Below are positions 1 to 11,254 of a stretch of DNA of 20,000 bases, in pieces. Where the stretch lies: positions 52,022 through 72,021 of the forward strand of contig KZ538426.1 of assembly GCA_000934665.2 (NCBI GenBank). Reading direction: 5' to 3'. The notes under the pieces are model-generated. The model searched no databases and was not told the DNA's origin. It saw only the letters and a list, made by a program, of their open reading frames with translations. The stretch comes from Catajapyx aquilonaris. Taxonomy: Eukaryota. Each line of letters starts with the position of its first letter. Within the stretch, counting starts at the first letter, position 1. Both the position numbers and the translations under genes were made by a program.

Positions 1-95
1 CATCTTTGTGGCGGGGTGTCCAGGGACTAATAACATTGGCATGACAAGATGAAAAACTTGCTGTCACTCAAACCACTCTTCGGTAGTGAAGGGCA

Positions 96-110
96 TGTGT
101 GTGTGTGTGT
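96..110. repeat. (TG)7 microsatellite
   Basis: tgtgtgtgtgtgtgt read directly. Confidence 0.9.
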
Positions 111-460
111 AGGGAACAGTGGACCGGGGCCGCCTTTGGCTCAAGATCTGTGCCTCCGACAAAGGCATTTATCACTGTGTCTCGTCACTCATGAGGTTCA
201 TTTCATTTCCACCTACTACTGTCACCGGGGAATCCCTTGATTGTTTCTCAGACCTGATGTACGGAAGGGTCAGAAGAACGGACCACGCCTGAAGGGGTCC
301 CCCCAGTGTTAGGTTGGCCCCGGCATTGCAGTACTTCATAAGTTACACGAATTGAGTTTGGCGGAGAAATTTCGTCCACTTGATATTATGAGAGGGACAA
401 TTCAATTTGTTCATGATGCACGCTTGGATGAGGCCACATCGCGTGGAAAACAAGGTTGAT

Positions 461-501
461 TTCTGAAAGAATGAAAGCACGATTTCATTTCCATTTCAGA
501 A
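461..501. repeat. Imperfect inverted repeat (two-part hairpin)
   Basis: ttctgaaa (461-468) pairs with tttcagaa (494-501); aatgaaa (470-476) pairs with tttcatt (483-489); 6-nt loop gcacga. Confidence 0.75.
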
Positions 502-565
502 TGACAAATAAGAGGGTCAGCAAATGCTTCAAGTACAGGGCCAGGAATTTGGATGCTCCGGAGCG

Positions 566-582
566 ATCATCATCATCATCAT
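566..582. repeat. (ATC)5 microsatellite
   Basis: atcatcatcatcatcat; it explains the MMMMM run in minus-strand ORF 529..768. Confidence 0.9.
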
Positions 583-1419
583 TACTGTATAGCAAACGGA
601 TTTAGATGCATGACACGTCCCAATGATTTCCGTAATTGCCAAAAACAGGGGTTGGCTCCGAGATGTCCCCCTCATCATCGCAATGGGAAGAATAAAAAGC
701 TCTTTTTCTAAATTACACTCTTCTGAAGACGCTGTACATTCCGGTACAAAAGTGAACCATGATTCCATTACAGAATAACGCCGAGGCCAGGTGTTAATTT
801 ATTACAAGCGATGTCAACAGAGCGTTGTTTACAGCTGGGTAATCAGCACCACCTGTAAAACCCCATTTGCTAATTGCTCTTAATCTGTAATTCTTGCAAT
901 AGGGTACACTGTAAAACAGTTTTGCCTCCAACTGTCAACCGGGGGCAAACCACGCATTCAAAAAAAGATGAATCAAATAGCTATAATCCATTTCTAGGCA
1001 GAAGCTTCAATTATTCGGACAACATTTGGCGGACCAGTCCAATTTATTAAACTTTATTCGATCCAAATCCGCTAGGTGCTAAGCGTCGGATGAATACCGC
1101 CGGAGAACAGGACACAATTACACGGGACAGGTTGCTGAAGAAGAAGAGTTTCGGTCCTTAGGCGATCCTCCGCAGCGGGGTAATACCAGGCTTCTTGCGG
1201 TCCTTCATCATTTCCCAGGCCCTTCAACCCCCATAATGGCAGCGCAACAGGCTAAAATGTCATTACGGAATCAGCGGGTATACAGTCCAAGTGCTAGGGT
1301 TATTTCAGGGGGAGTTAATAGCTCAGCAGCTCCGGCTTTTTATACCACTTTTTTGTCATGTTATGTTCAATGGGCGGTGGACGTCATATTGTTGTGATCA
1401 AAGTATTAAGGGGGTGTGC

Positions 1420-1447
1420 CCTGATGGTTACACCAGGTGTCATCAGG
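1420..1447. repeat. Short bulged inverted repeat
   Basis: cctgatg-gtt-acac-cag-gtgt-catcagg: 7 bp + 4 bp stem with a 3-nt bulge. Confidence 0.7.
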
Positions 1448-1725
1448 AGTGAAGTTGCTTCCAAGAAGTCTACAAAAGTGGGTAACTTCGATGCTCGAAT
1501 AGGTCACCATAATTGTGCTCTTGCTACTTGCCAGTTAGGAGAATTTTACATACTGCATCTTCCAGCACTCATCTGGTCCACCTAACAGGTTTCTCTCTCA
1601 TGGGCCACAGAACCCTAATGATAGTCATCAAGGGAACAAAGTCACTTTTTCTCCGTTTCAAACTGCTCTTCCACAGAGTCTCCACCGCTTTACACAAGGG
1701 GCTGATCATAAAACTCCGATTATCA

Positions 1726-1800
1726 CTCCTCTCCATCTTCACCCCCACCACCACCATACCTCCTCCTATCCTTGTACCACCACCACCCAACACACCTACC
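1726..1800. repeat. C-rich low-complexity tract (CCA/CCT units)
   Basis: ccaccaccacc, cctcctcct and accaccaccaccc; almost no G on the + strand. Confidence 0.8.
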
Positions 1801-3422
1801 TTCTTCTACTCTTGCATTCTGTTCGTTTTTGCCTCCCCCTCCTTTAACCCCCCCGCTCTTACTGCCTGGCCAAATTATATACCTTGGGCACATTAGTGAT
1901 GGGGCAGCATCATGACCATAGCATGCACGCGGGGTCAGCCGGTAGGGGTCAAGGGCCCGAGGGTGGGGCACCTGGATGGGAGCCTTGATGCCTCCATGCG
2001 ATTGGTTGATTCCGCTTATCAAATGAGCTGAAGGTACATTTTCCTACCCCTCCTACCATGCTGGAATTTCAACATTTTTTAGATCTATTCTTGGGGTGGG
2101 CAGCAGCATTGTTGAGAGTGATATCACTCCGCAGTGTGTATAGGCTCAGGCGCCAAGGGGCATGGAGGAGCCTGCTTGGGAGCTGCCTCTGCAAGCCCCT
2201 CCCATGGCACCACCATCTGAAGAAACAGCATCCGATCATGCCAAGCCAGCTTGATGGTCCTGAGCGGTCCCGTGAGCTGTCCCGCCTCCGCTTGTGGCCA
2301 GCTCGTGACTCGGAGGAGGAGGCCTAGGGACCACGAAAACTCCAGGGGTCTCCGGGTGGCCAAGCTGCTTTTCTTCTCCGTTGACTGCCTTTTTTGTTGA
2401 GGTTGTGCCAGAGGGGTGCAGCATACTTGCTGGGGAAGGAAGTAAAGGGGGGTGGACCAACCTCCTCCTGAAGGATGCTTCTCACTTCATTTGAATCTGT
2501 TTTGGACCGCCTGGGGACTGCCACAGTTGCTGCTGCGTCTGAGCCACTGACATCATTCCAGGCCGTTATTGCCCATTGGGGAGGACGCGGTTTTGTGACG
2601 TCATGTCGTGACATCAACATCCCTAGGCTATCTAGTAAAAAAACATGGTGGGCAATTGGCAAAATTAGGTTTTGTAATTTGTCGTGCGGTTTGAATCTGG
2701 CTGCATAACTGCGGTGCACCATTTACAAACACCAGCGCCCTTCGTCACGCTCGCCAACTTATCACCAGGAATCGGCCGTGTTTGTGGTGAACGTGAGGGC
2801 GTTTCGCTGGCTGACCACACGATCTCGATTAACACAGACCACCTCCACGAGCAATACTTACGATGACATCAAGCACGCGATTGCCATGTTGCTGATGAGT
2901 GTCGCCATGCCCAATGACACGCCCAATAATTGTGGAAGCAACTGCGTAATGCCACCTCGTAAAGTACAAAAAAAAATAGTGCCTCGGGTCACCGTCTCCG
3001 TAGATCATTCTCAAAAGAATTAATGGTGGGATCAAATGAAAAGGATAGGGGTTCTGATAGCCCTCCAGACAATATCCTCCTCCTCTTTTTTTCATGTATT
3101 TTTTTTCCATTGCCCCCTTGGGTCAAGCAGTGTTTCCTCATGTGACGTGCCTGAACCCTCAGGATGGATTCTACCCTATGGTTACGAATCGACAACCGAA
3201 GGGTCAGGGAAGGCTGGAAACCCATAGTTTTCCTCTTGGATGTAGGAGGGAACCCAGAAGTAGCGGGACTTGGCACGGAAATCGGTCGAGCATAATACAC
3301 ATCGATAGTCCAAGGAGGATTCTTTCTTCAAACAGAGGTATTCGCAGAAGGTTCATTACTTAGTTTGAACAAGTGGTTTGAAAATTCAGAGGAACCTGAA
3401 TGTATGAGTGGTCCTGATTAGA

Positions 3423-3479
3423 GGGTGGGTAAAGGGGATGACGGGAGGGGGTTGAAGATGGGGGGTCAGAGGTCGGGGG
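3423..3479 (+). other. Potential G-quadruplex-forming tract
   Basis: ggg-t-ggg-taaa-gggg-atgac-ggg-a-ggggg (3423-3451) fits G3+N1-7 x4; further G6 (3460-3465) and G5 (3475-3479) tracts follow. Confidence 0.6.
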
Positions 3480-3904
3480 TAGGACCGGTTGTGCCTCGCG
3501 CTGAGCACGAGGGCTGAGGCGGGCGCCAAGGGTGCCGCACTTCCATCTTTTCTCTCCCCCCTTTCCCCATCTCACAACCTTCCTCCAAGCCGACCCCTAA
3601 TTAACTAATTTCAGGGATGGGGGAATGGAGTAATGATGGCCTTTCCTCTGGATTTGATGCCTTGCCGTGCGGTACCTGCCGATTTTTACCCCTCCTTTTT
3701 ATATTTTTCTAAAGAAATTTTTTTTATCCTCCTCCTCCGGCCACACCTTGGCAGCTATGCCATGCAGGAAATGACGTGTTGCTCCTTTCTTTTCCATCCA
3801 GGTAATCACTGGGTTTAGGACAAACACCGCTTTGCATTAACCTGGCACACTTAGCAAGCGAACACGATCATCGATTATTTCAATTGTACCGGTATGCCCA
3901 TGAA

Positions 3905-3921
3905 ACCCGTGGTCCACGGGT
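3905..3921. repeat. Perfect 17-bp palindrome
   Basis: acccgtgg-t-ccacgggt, 8-bp arms with a 1-nt spacer. Confidence 0.85.
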
Positions 3922-4172
3922 AGCCTAAATATATGAAAGAATCTGGAAGCTGCTTGCTAGTCAGATGACATGGCGCCTACACACCCGAATTGGTCACCCC
4001 GGGGTACTGTAGTGCACCACATTCCTGCAGCTGGAGCCCTTCAGATCCCTGCTTCCAAGGACCCATAATGCCCTAGGGGGCCACTAATAACAGGGTTTCT
4101 TCGTCGTGCATCATTTTTTCCAGCTCATCTAAATCATCCCACCCTGCAATCGTCTCCCGAGATGCTCCACCT

Positions 4173-4186
4173 CCACCACCACCACC
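4173..4186. repeat. (CCA)4 simple repeat
   Basis: ccaccaccaccacc. Confidence 0.8.
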
Positions 4187-4570
4187 TTCCTCATTCCACT
4201 CCCTCACATCCAAGTTAGACTCTATTAGTATGCGGACACAACACTGATCCTGGATTATTCAACTCTCGTCCAAGCAACATGTGGCCAACCTTTCCACGCT
4301 AAATTTGTATCCTTCTTTTAAATATATGTAAGCAGTTGGAGCAGATCGAATCAGAAATTCCTCTGGACTTTATATAGCAAGCTGTGCCCCATTCTTCTTA
4401 CAATTGACAGCTTATCATGAATACATTTTTTAAGAATATGAGTCGTAAATTAACATCGTATAATCTTAATACTAAGAGCAGCTATACTGGACTTTCCCAG
4501 CATGCATTGTTCCCATTTTCTTCCCCAAAAACCTCCCCTCTTTCTGGATCGATCCTGTGAGGCAAAAGCT

Positions 4571-4584
4571 GGGGGGGGGGGGGG
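4571..4584. repeat. G14 homopolymer, followed by an ambiguous base (N) at 4592
   Basis: 14 consecutive G; the only N I saw in the window lies 8 nt downstream. Confidence 0.95.
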
Positions 4585-4593
4585 AATCAAANC

Positions 4594-4651
4594 AGAAGCA
4601 GCAGCATCTCTTGCGGGCATACACAGAACGGATCGAAGAAGCAGCAGCATC
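4594..4651. repeat. 15-bp direct repeat pair
   Basis: agaagcagcagcatc at 4594-4608 and 4637-4651 (period 43 bp). Confidence 0.85.
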
Positions 4652-4805
4652 ATGGTGCAGCCCCAGGGCGGAGCGCACGGGGAAAAGGGAGGCGGGGCTT
4701 CGTCTTGGCCCCCGCCCTGCCCCGAGGGGACTAAGGCCCAGGAGAAACATGGCCCCAGGACTTACAATATGACAATATACCCTAGAATCAACATATAATA
4801 TATAT

Positions 4806-4875
4806 TATAGCTAATATAATATCACAGCCTATACTAACATGAAACATAACGTTCATATTGGCTATATTAGCTATA
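4806..4875. repeat. AT-rich inverted repeat with 13-bp perfect arms
   Basis: tatagctaatata (4806-4818) / tatattagctata (4863-4875), plus an inner atgaa/ttcat pairing. Confidence 0.8.
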
Positions 4876-7800
4876 ATATAATATGACTTAATTTTAGTGT
4901 GGGTCCACATTTTGGTATAGTATTTTTGCGTGTACACCAGAGGTGACAGATCGACAAGCATGGGTTTCAAAATGCATGACAACAGGCCAGGGTTGTTATT
5001 GTGGGGGACTGGCCACAGAGAAACAAGGCCGAAAAACCAGGCGCGGGATTTATTAATATGAGCGGTGCAATTATTGAGTAGCCTCTGGAAAAGGTCGGAG
5101 ACCATGTAATTGCATCGGGCCAATCCGACACGTCTTCCTGATGAAACTGTCATTTCATTGATGATGATTGGCAGCTATTGGCTTGTCAACGACATGAACG
5201 GCCCCCATGTGCCATGAACGGAAATCTATTAGATTTTGTCAATGGTTTTTTTTTTGGCCTGTCTCTTTTTTTAAAAACCAGAGTATTGACCGTGATCGTT
5301 GCACACCCGGGGGGCCGGTACGTTATTCGCGTGTTAATATTTGGCAAGTGGGGAAATTTCGTAAGCTCTCATTTTATTGGTTTATTTTCTAAATGTAATT
5401 TTAACGCTGAGGCTGGGTCCGTCGCGGATCTAAAATTCAGAGCAGCTCTTTAGACAGTAGGCAGCCTGCTTTAAAACGACTTTAATGTCAATATTGCGAA
5501 ACCGGCAGTCGTGGCCTGTTTCCCGATGCATTGTACTCATCGCACGTACAGGAAGCCTACTCTAAAGTAAAGTGAGGTAGTGAATTACAATCGGGTTTGT
5601 GATACACGGTCACTACTTGTGATATCTGCGAACACATGTGTACGAGACTTAATTGGCGAATAAACTATCGAAAAAACGTGAATGGGATAGTGTTGTGCTA
5701 TGAATGAACGTGCACAAAATTTGCTTCATAAATTAAAACCGGTCGTATGAATGCAAATTAAGGGAAATTCTATTATATTTTATTAATGATGCCATCATGT
5801 ATAACCTGAGACTTTCCCTTAATTTGTGCTAATAAAGCAAGCCTTGTGTGTCTTAAATAGCATAGCACACTGCATTATATGGTGTATAGAAATGTCCGTG
5901 TTTTTAATTTTTTCTGATAATAAATTAATATCGCAATGTTCCAACCAGTCTCCATGGTGTAGATCTCGGCTAGTGCAGGAGTGCTCTATGGTATTCTAGG
6001 CAGCTAATCGTATTACCCCCTTTGGAGGCGGCTTGGAAGACCCCCCAATGCTAAACAAATGGCCCTGGAAGCCACGCATGCGAAATATGCCCCTGGGCCC
6101 ATCTTTCACTATACAGAACCGCGCATGTCACAACGTTCAACCAAAGGAGGAGGGTGATGGGCAGCATGCCCCAATTCATTATCGGCTCTTGCTGCCTCTT
6201 ACTCCAGCACAACATGGGTTATATTGTAATATACCAGGGTGTACCAGTGATTGTGGCGGCGACTCTTCGGGGAAGATGAAACAAAAAGGGCAGCGTTGCG
6301 TCCCCCATGCTGGGAGTATAATGGCTTCCTCACCCTAACAATGCCCTGGGCAACTGGGCGGCGCTTTCAGGTGCGTGTGGGTGCGTTTCATATACAGGTT
6401 CTCAATGAGGTTCTGGACCCGGGTGTGGTGACCAATGATCCATGCTGAATATTAGCTACATTTCTCCAGTCTTTGAGTCGGAATATGGCAGCAACTTCTG
6501 TGATTCCAGGGCGTTGGAAATTGAATCCTTGAGGTGTTGACAGCATCACCGACAATATTTACAATCATGGCTGTTGGTGCCTGAAGCAAGAATCTGGTGG
6601 GCCACATTTTCATCCCCCTCCGCGGGATGCCAGCTTAACTGGAAATTAAACATATCATTCTGGCGTAAATCTGTCCTTGATTGGTAGTAAAGCTCAGGTA
6701 GACGCTCGCAGGCGGCACTTATCACCAGATTTACGCCTAACATCTCATTTTTGCCAGGAAGCTCCGGTTGTAAAAATGACCCCTTGGGGGGATGTCCTCA
6801 CCATTGCTGCCAACCTGCTGGGCTCTTTTCCAACTCAGAAGTTGCTGTGCATGACACCTTCAGCTTTGCCCGAAAGGCCCGAACCGCCACGCGCTTTATA
6901 TGACCATTGTTGAGGAATTCACTATTTTTTGCCCTCCGACCAATAATAGCGTTTGGGTGAAACATGGAGATGATATCCAGTCAGTCCTTAGGGGGTAGGC
7001 AGTACAGGCCCGTTGCCCTTCTCAACCTTAATCACAGAGCAGGAAGCTCAGTGCCTAATTTAATTACAGCCTCATCCCCCAGCTGCCAAAGGTATGGCCC
7101 CACCTTTCTCTCTATCGGACCTTTCCGCAAAACCGTTTTCTATTTTTTTTAAGAACCCAACTTGGTACGTAAATCACCAGTTTGAGGTGAAGTATTGAAG
7201 TTATGCGTGTGTCCTGCGGTCAAACTCGTAACTGCTTATCAGAAGGGCTTTTAAATATTACATTAATATTCACAGCAGCGCAATGTGTCTATAAGGTCTT
7301 AAAGAGCATTCCGGTGGCTGCGTAAGGAGATCCTGAGGGTGGAGATAGACGGTCATGCAGATAAGGTGCTCGGTATCCAGAAAGTGAAGCCTTAGGCTTT
7401 TTTTTACATTTTTTTTTTCTTTAACCAACGGGTTTAAAGGAATTTATTCCCTTTTCCTCCTTCCACAATACAACATCGCGCCTTACCACACCTGATAGAG
7501 TCGTGGAATTAAGGGGGGGAAATGGAATGGGGGGTTTAGAGAGAATGGAGGAAAAAATTAGCTGGAGGCTTCAGAGCAGGGTTCCAAATTCGTTGGCCAA
7601 TAAAAAAAATATCTGGTCTCATCGTACTTTTAATGATGGATGCGTTTCCCTCAAGTGGGCAATAAAAATAGTAATGGCTGGTTGCTTTCATTAATAGCCG
7701 TCAAGTGAACGTACTCCATAAGGAAAATAACTTTACTCGAATAAAAATAATGCCAGGTTATTGCTGCATTACAATTTTATGCACGCTCTTAGACTGTGAC

Positions 7801-8086
7801 ATCGTCCAGTACTCTGTAATAATGCAAAAAATTTGGTGAAAAAATATTCACGATTTGATACATAGTACAGGATGATTCGAGACTTTGTGAGTACATCGGA
7901 GGGGAAAAGCGGCGGCAAAGGAAGAGCCAAAAAGGAGGCGCCAGTCGCTTTGGTGGCCAAAGGTAGTAATCAGAAAGAGTGCATCGGGGCCTTGGGCCGA
8001 CTGTAGCCTTCATCCCCTGTGATTTGCGTGATTTACCGTGCAGGCTGCGAGGAGTATCCGGGCGTTTTTTTGACTGCCGCCAAAAA

Positions 8087-8098
8087 GTGGCCGGCCAC
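8087..8098. repeat. 12-bp perfect palindrome
   Basis: gtggccggccac. Confidence 0.8.
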
Positions 8099-9730
8099 AT
8101 TTGAAGAAGTCGAAAAAAAAGAAGAAGAAGTAGGAGGGGTGGCCGTTCATCACCCGATTTCCCACACCCACTATCACTCCCATATCTTTCCACTCGTTTT
8201 GCTCAGCCCTGGGCAGATTTGCACAGTGGATAACGCCTTTCATGAAGAATGCAGACTGGCTACTTCATATATATGGAAGGCTTCTGCTGCATGATCCGAT
8301 TCACTCCATCGTAGCCCACGGACACTCGGCATTCCCTATACTGGTACACACTGTTATTACATGCGACAGCTTCTGCTTTACCGTTCAATATGCAACACAC
8401 CTGTCAGGGAGTAAGAAATGCGGGATGCTGTGGGATTGCAAACCCACTCGTGTTGAAATAGCCAAACATCTGACATTAATCGGGAATTACCCAGCAAACA
8501 TGGCCACCAATATGTTAATTACGGGTAACAAAAAATATATATTGGCCATATGAAAGTGACGTTTGAAATTATCATATGTCAACACATACAAATTAAAACG
8601 GCAGGTGAAACGTGAAATCGAGTCGCATTCGACCGTAAGTAAATTAATTCCATGATATTCCAGAGTATATAAAGCCAGGGCTCGAAATATTACTAGTTGA
8701 AAAAAGGTGGTTTCTCTCACCCACCATGCATTCACCATTTAATGAATAACTCACTTCTCATTAAGGATCATTAGCGGACCATTCATTGGCCACAAAAGAA
8801 ACGCCTCCGACCACATATGGTCCAATTAATTATTATCTTATTCCGACTGCTGATCGAGTCCAGCAAACTTTTTCATATATCCAGCTTTAGTAGTGGTCAG
8901 TACCATAAAAAATTGCGCATTTTTGTTTCAATGTGCCTCCAACCATGGCGTCCCCCCGAAAAAAAAACCCTGGAAAAATGGTCTTTTGTGGCGCTTTCCA
9001 GACCGTTGAAAAGCCGGCTATATACAGAGCTCGTGAATTGCCAAGTTTGCGGATTTTACAGCCCGTGTTTATGTAAATACGGCGCGGGTTAATGGACCAA
9101 ACAGAGTGTGGGAAAAGCAAGTACCGGCGCCGCCTGTGATTATATAATTAGCCGATTAGCCTTGCGCCTGGGTTGGTGTGTTTCCGAAAGGAAGAAATGT
9201 CATACAGTGTGCGTGGAGTTGGTCACCAAGCCGATATTTAGGGCCCTCCAGCCCTTCCAACCATACACTGACATGCTCCAAATCATTATGATTACACTCT
9301 TCCTTTGAGTGCTTACTCTTTGTTTTACAACCAGAGTTTTAATGAAACGTCCAGTGCCAGGGTCGGCTCGAGTTTAAAAATTGGGTGTAAAATATCGGTT
9401 TAAATGTAATGTACTGTATAGGTGATCAAGATTTATGTACTGTTTTCCCCCCATTTCCAATCATTATCCTCATTAATAAACATACCCTCAAGGTGTTGTT
9501 TCATAAATTTACATATCACATCATGTTGACATTTCACCGCGTTTTAAACAATAATTGCATACATCCATGTCATGGAAAATCAAATTCGATCAGTCACAAC
9601 TTATTAAACTTGCCAACTAATAGATTTGTGATTTGCTATATGCAATGCGCTATATCATGTAGCAAAATCAGTAAATTACAATATATGCGTTTGATAGTAA
9701 TTTAATATAATATGACTATAATAATACGAA

Positions 9731-9777
9731 TATAATGTAAAGTAATAAATTCGTAAATTACTTTAGCATCGATTATA
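9731..9777. repeat. AT-rich inverted repeat
   Basis: taaagtaat (9738-9746) / attacttta (9757-9765), with outer tataat / attata. Confidence 0.7.
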
Positions 9778-10667
9778 ACTATTACAACTCTCTCTGAACT
9801 GAACCTATATAATCCCACATTATCCCATGCTCTTGCTCGCAGAACAATCCCTAAATTATACACACCGCTCGCGTATATAGAACTTAGCCGCTCATCTGCG
9901 GGACTCGTCGTATTATACTTGGGCAGCTAATTGGGACGCACCTCATAGTCCCAGGATCCTAGTCCTAATGAAGAGGCTGCTGCGGCACTTGTGGAACTGC
10001 CTGTTATACTAATGAGACGCCACTTTGGCTCGTATTCAACCCTTTGCACCCAGGCTCCCCTTGATTGTGCACTATTCATCACTTGGCAGGAGCCACGACA
10101 CTATACTATACAAAAAAATATACAGTAACTAAATAAACATCCGGCCATTTGAACTATTTTGCATTCAGGATTACATACGTGTAATGGACACGAGGTAATT
10201 ATTGCACCGGTTGAAAATATCCCAAGCCCGACTTTGATTGTAGACAATCCCAATTGCTGCTGTAAGGGGGGGATCGGAGATGCCATAAACTATCCCCAGC
10301 GCCCTGTTTTATGGCCGGAATCAAACCCAAAATTCGTGAGGTCCACTTCGAAAAAGCGGAGCCATCACAAAATAAGTGATACGGCAGGAAGAAAGTTATG
10401 TTCTCTATTTGATCCAACTCTTCCCCCGGTATTTAAAACTTTATGAAGGCAATTGAATTTCTATACAGTGGTTGTGTGTATATAAAAAGAATCCGATCGG
10501 TTCCGGTTGATCATTTACGACGCAATTATTTTTTATATAATAAAACATTGGGCAGAAAGGGGTTTTTGGCCCAGCTGAGAAGGATGATGATGGGGTCGAA
10601 ACAATCAGCCATCATGCTCCGATCGCACGCCTTTTTACGACTCCGACCCAGACCATTAGGAGAAGAT

Positions 10668-10687
10668 TCATCATCATCACCATCATC
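10668..10687. repeat. Imperfect (TCA)n microsatellite
   Basis: tcatcatcatcaccatcatc. Confidence 0.85.
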
Positions 10688-10735
10688 GTACTTCCTTTTT
10701 TTGTACTCCAGCAGTCAGTGGTGATGATCATTTTG

Positions 10736-11254
10736 TTATAGTTGTTTTTCCACTCCCCCGACCTCCTTCCACAGCACCGATCGTTTATATCCCAGGTCTT
10801 CGGAATGCTGAAGGCGCAGACGGAAATCCAACCAGAGCGGATTGCATTGTCCAAACCAAAGGGCAATAAAAAGCGGATCTGTAGGTGTTATGTGTTGCCG
10901 TCGCACTTTTATATACCGACCTGGTTTTTTTTCTGATGAGCTTGGCATGTAGTGGCTATAAAGTACCATGGGAATTGACATATTGATGCATGTTGACGTG
11001 GAAGTAAATGTAGTAAACATGGCTCCAGGTATTAATGAGTATGATGCGTATCTGAGATGTCTGAGCCAATAAGGCATATCATTCTTTGGCTTTATGGCCG
11101 GAGAGAACTTCTCATGCGGGTTGATGAATGATTCAGATTTTTTTGAATTAATCAGCCTTGCGTAATTCGTCAGGTTAACAACACTAATGGCATGCTGTAA
11201 TTCGGGCTCGACTTCTATATAGGATGGGAAAAGTACCGTATATTTAATATACAT
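10736..11254 (-). CDS. Possible hypothetical protein (172 aa); may be a chance ORF
   Basis: Longest ORF in the window, ATG to TAA, not low-complexity. No recognisable domain, and the length is only marginally above chance for six frames of 20 kb. Confidence 0.12.
   Translation of the reverse strand: MYIKYTVLFPSYIEVEPELQHAISVVNLTNYARLINSKKSESFINPHEKFSPAIKPKNDMPYWLRHLRYASYSLIPGAMFTTFTSTSTCINMSIPMVLYSHYMPSSSEKKPGRYIKVRRQHITPTDPLFIALWFGQCNPLWLDFRLRLQHSEDLGYKRSVLWKEVGGVEKQL

Noticed and set aside
2058..2327. Vertebrate-exon-like GC-rich block (e.g. MEEPAWELPLQAPPMAPPSEE)
   Set aside because: That frame is bounded by nearby stops, and I see no recognisable protein or clear splice sites.
2741..2760. 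13-bp match ttcgtcacgctcg shared with 12748-12760
   Set aside because: About three exact 13-mer pairs are expected by chance in 20 kb, and the flanks do not align beyond a nearby caactt.
2892..2924. Hammerhead-like CTGATGA followed by the stem gtgtcg/tgacac
   Set aside because: The required GAAA after stem II is replaced by GCCC. Other CTGATGA sites (near 5139, 10933, 14725 and 17779) also lack the core.
8666..8728. TATA box (TATATAAAG) with a downstream Kozak-like ccaccATG
   Set aside because: The ATG opens only 7 codons (MHSPFNE*), and such motifs are frequent by chance.
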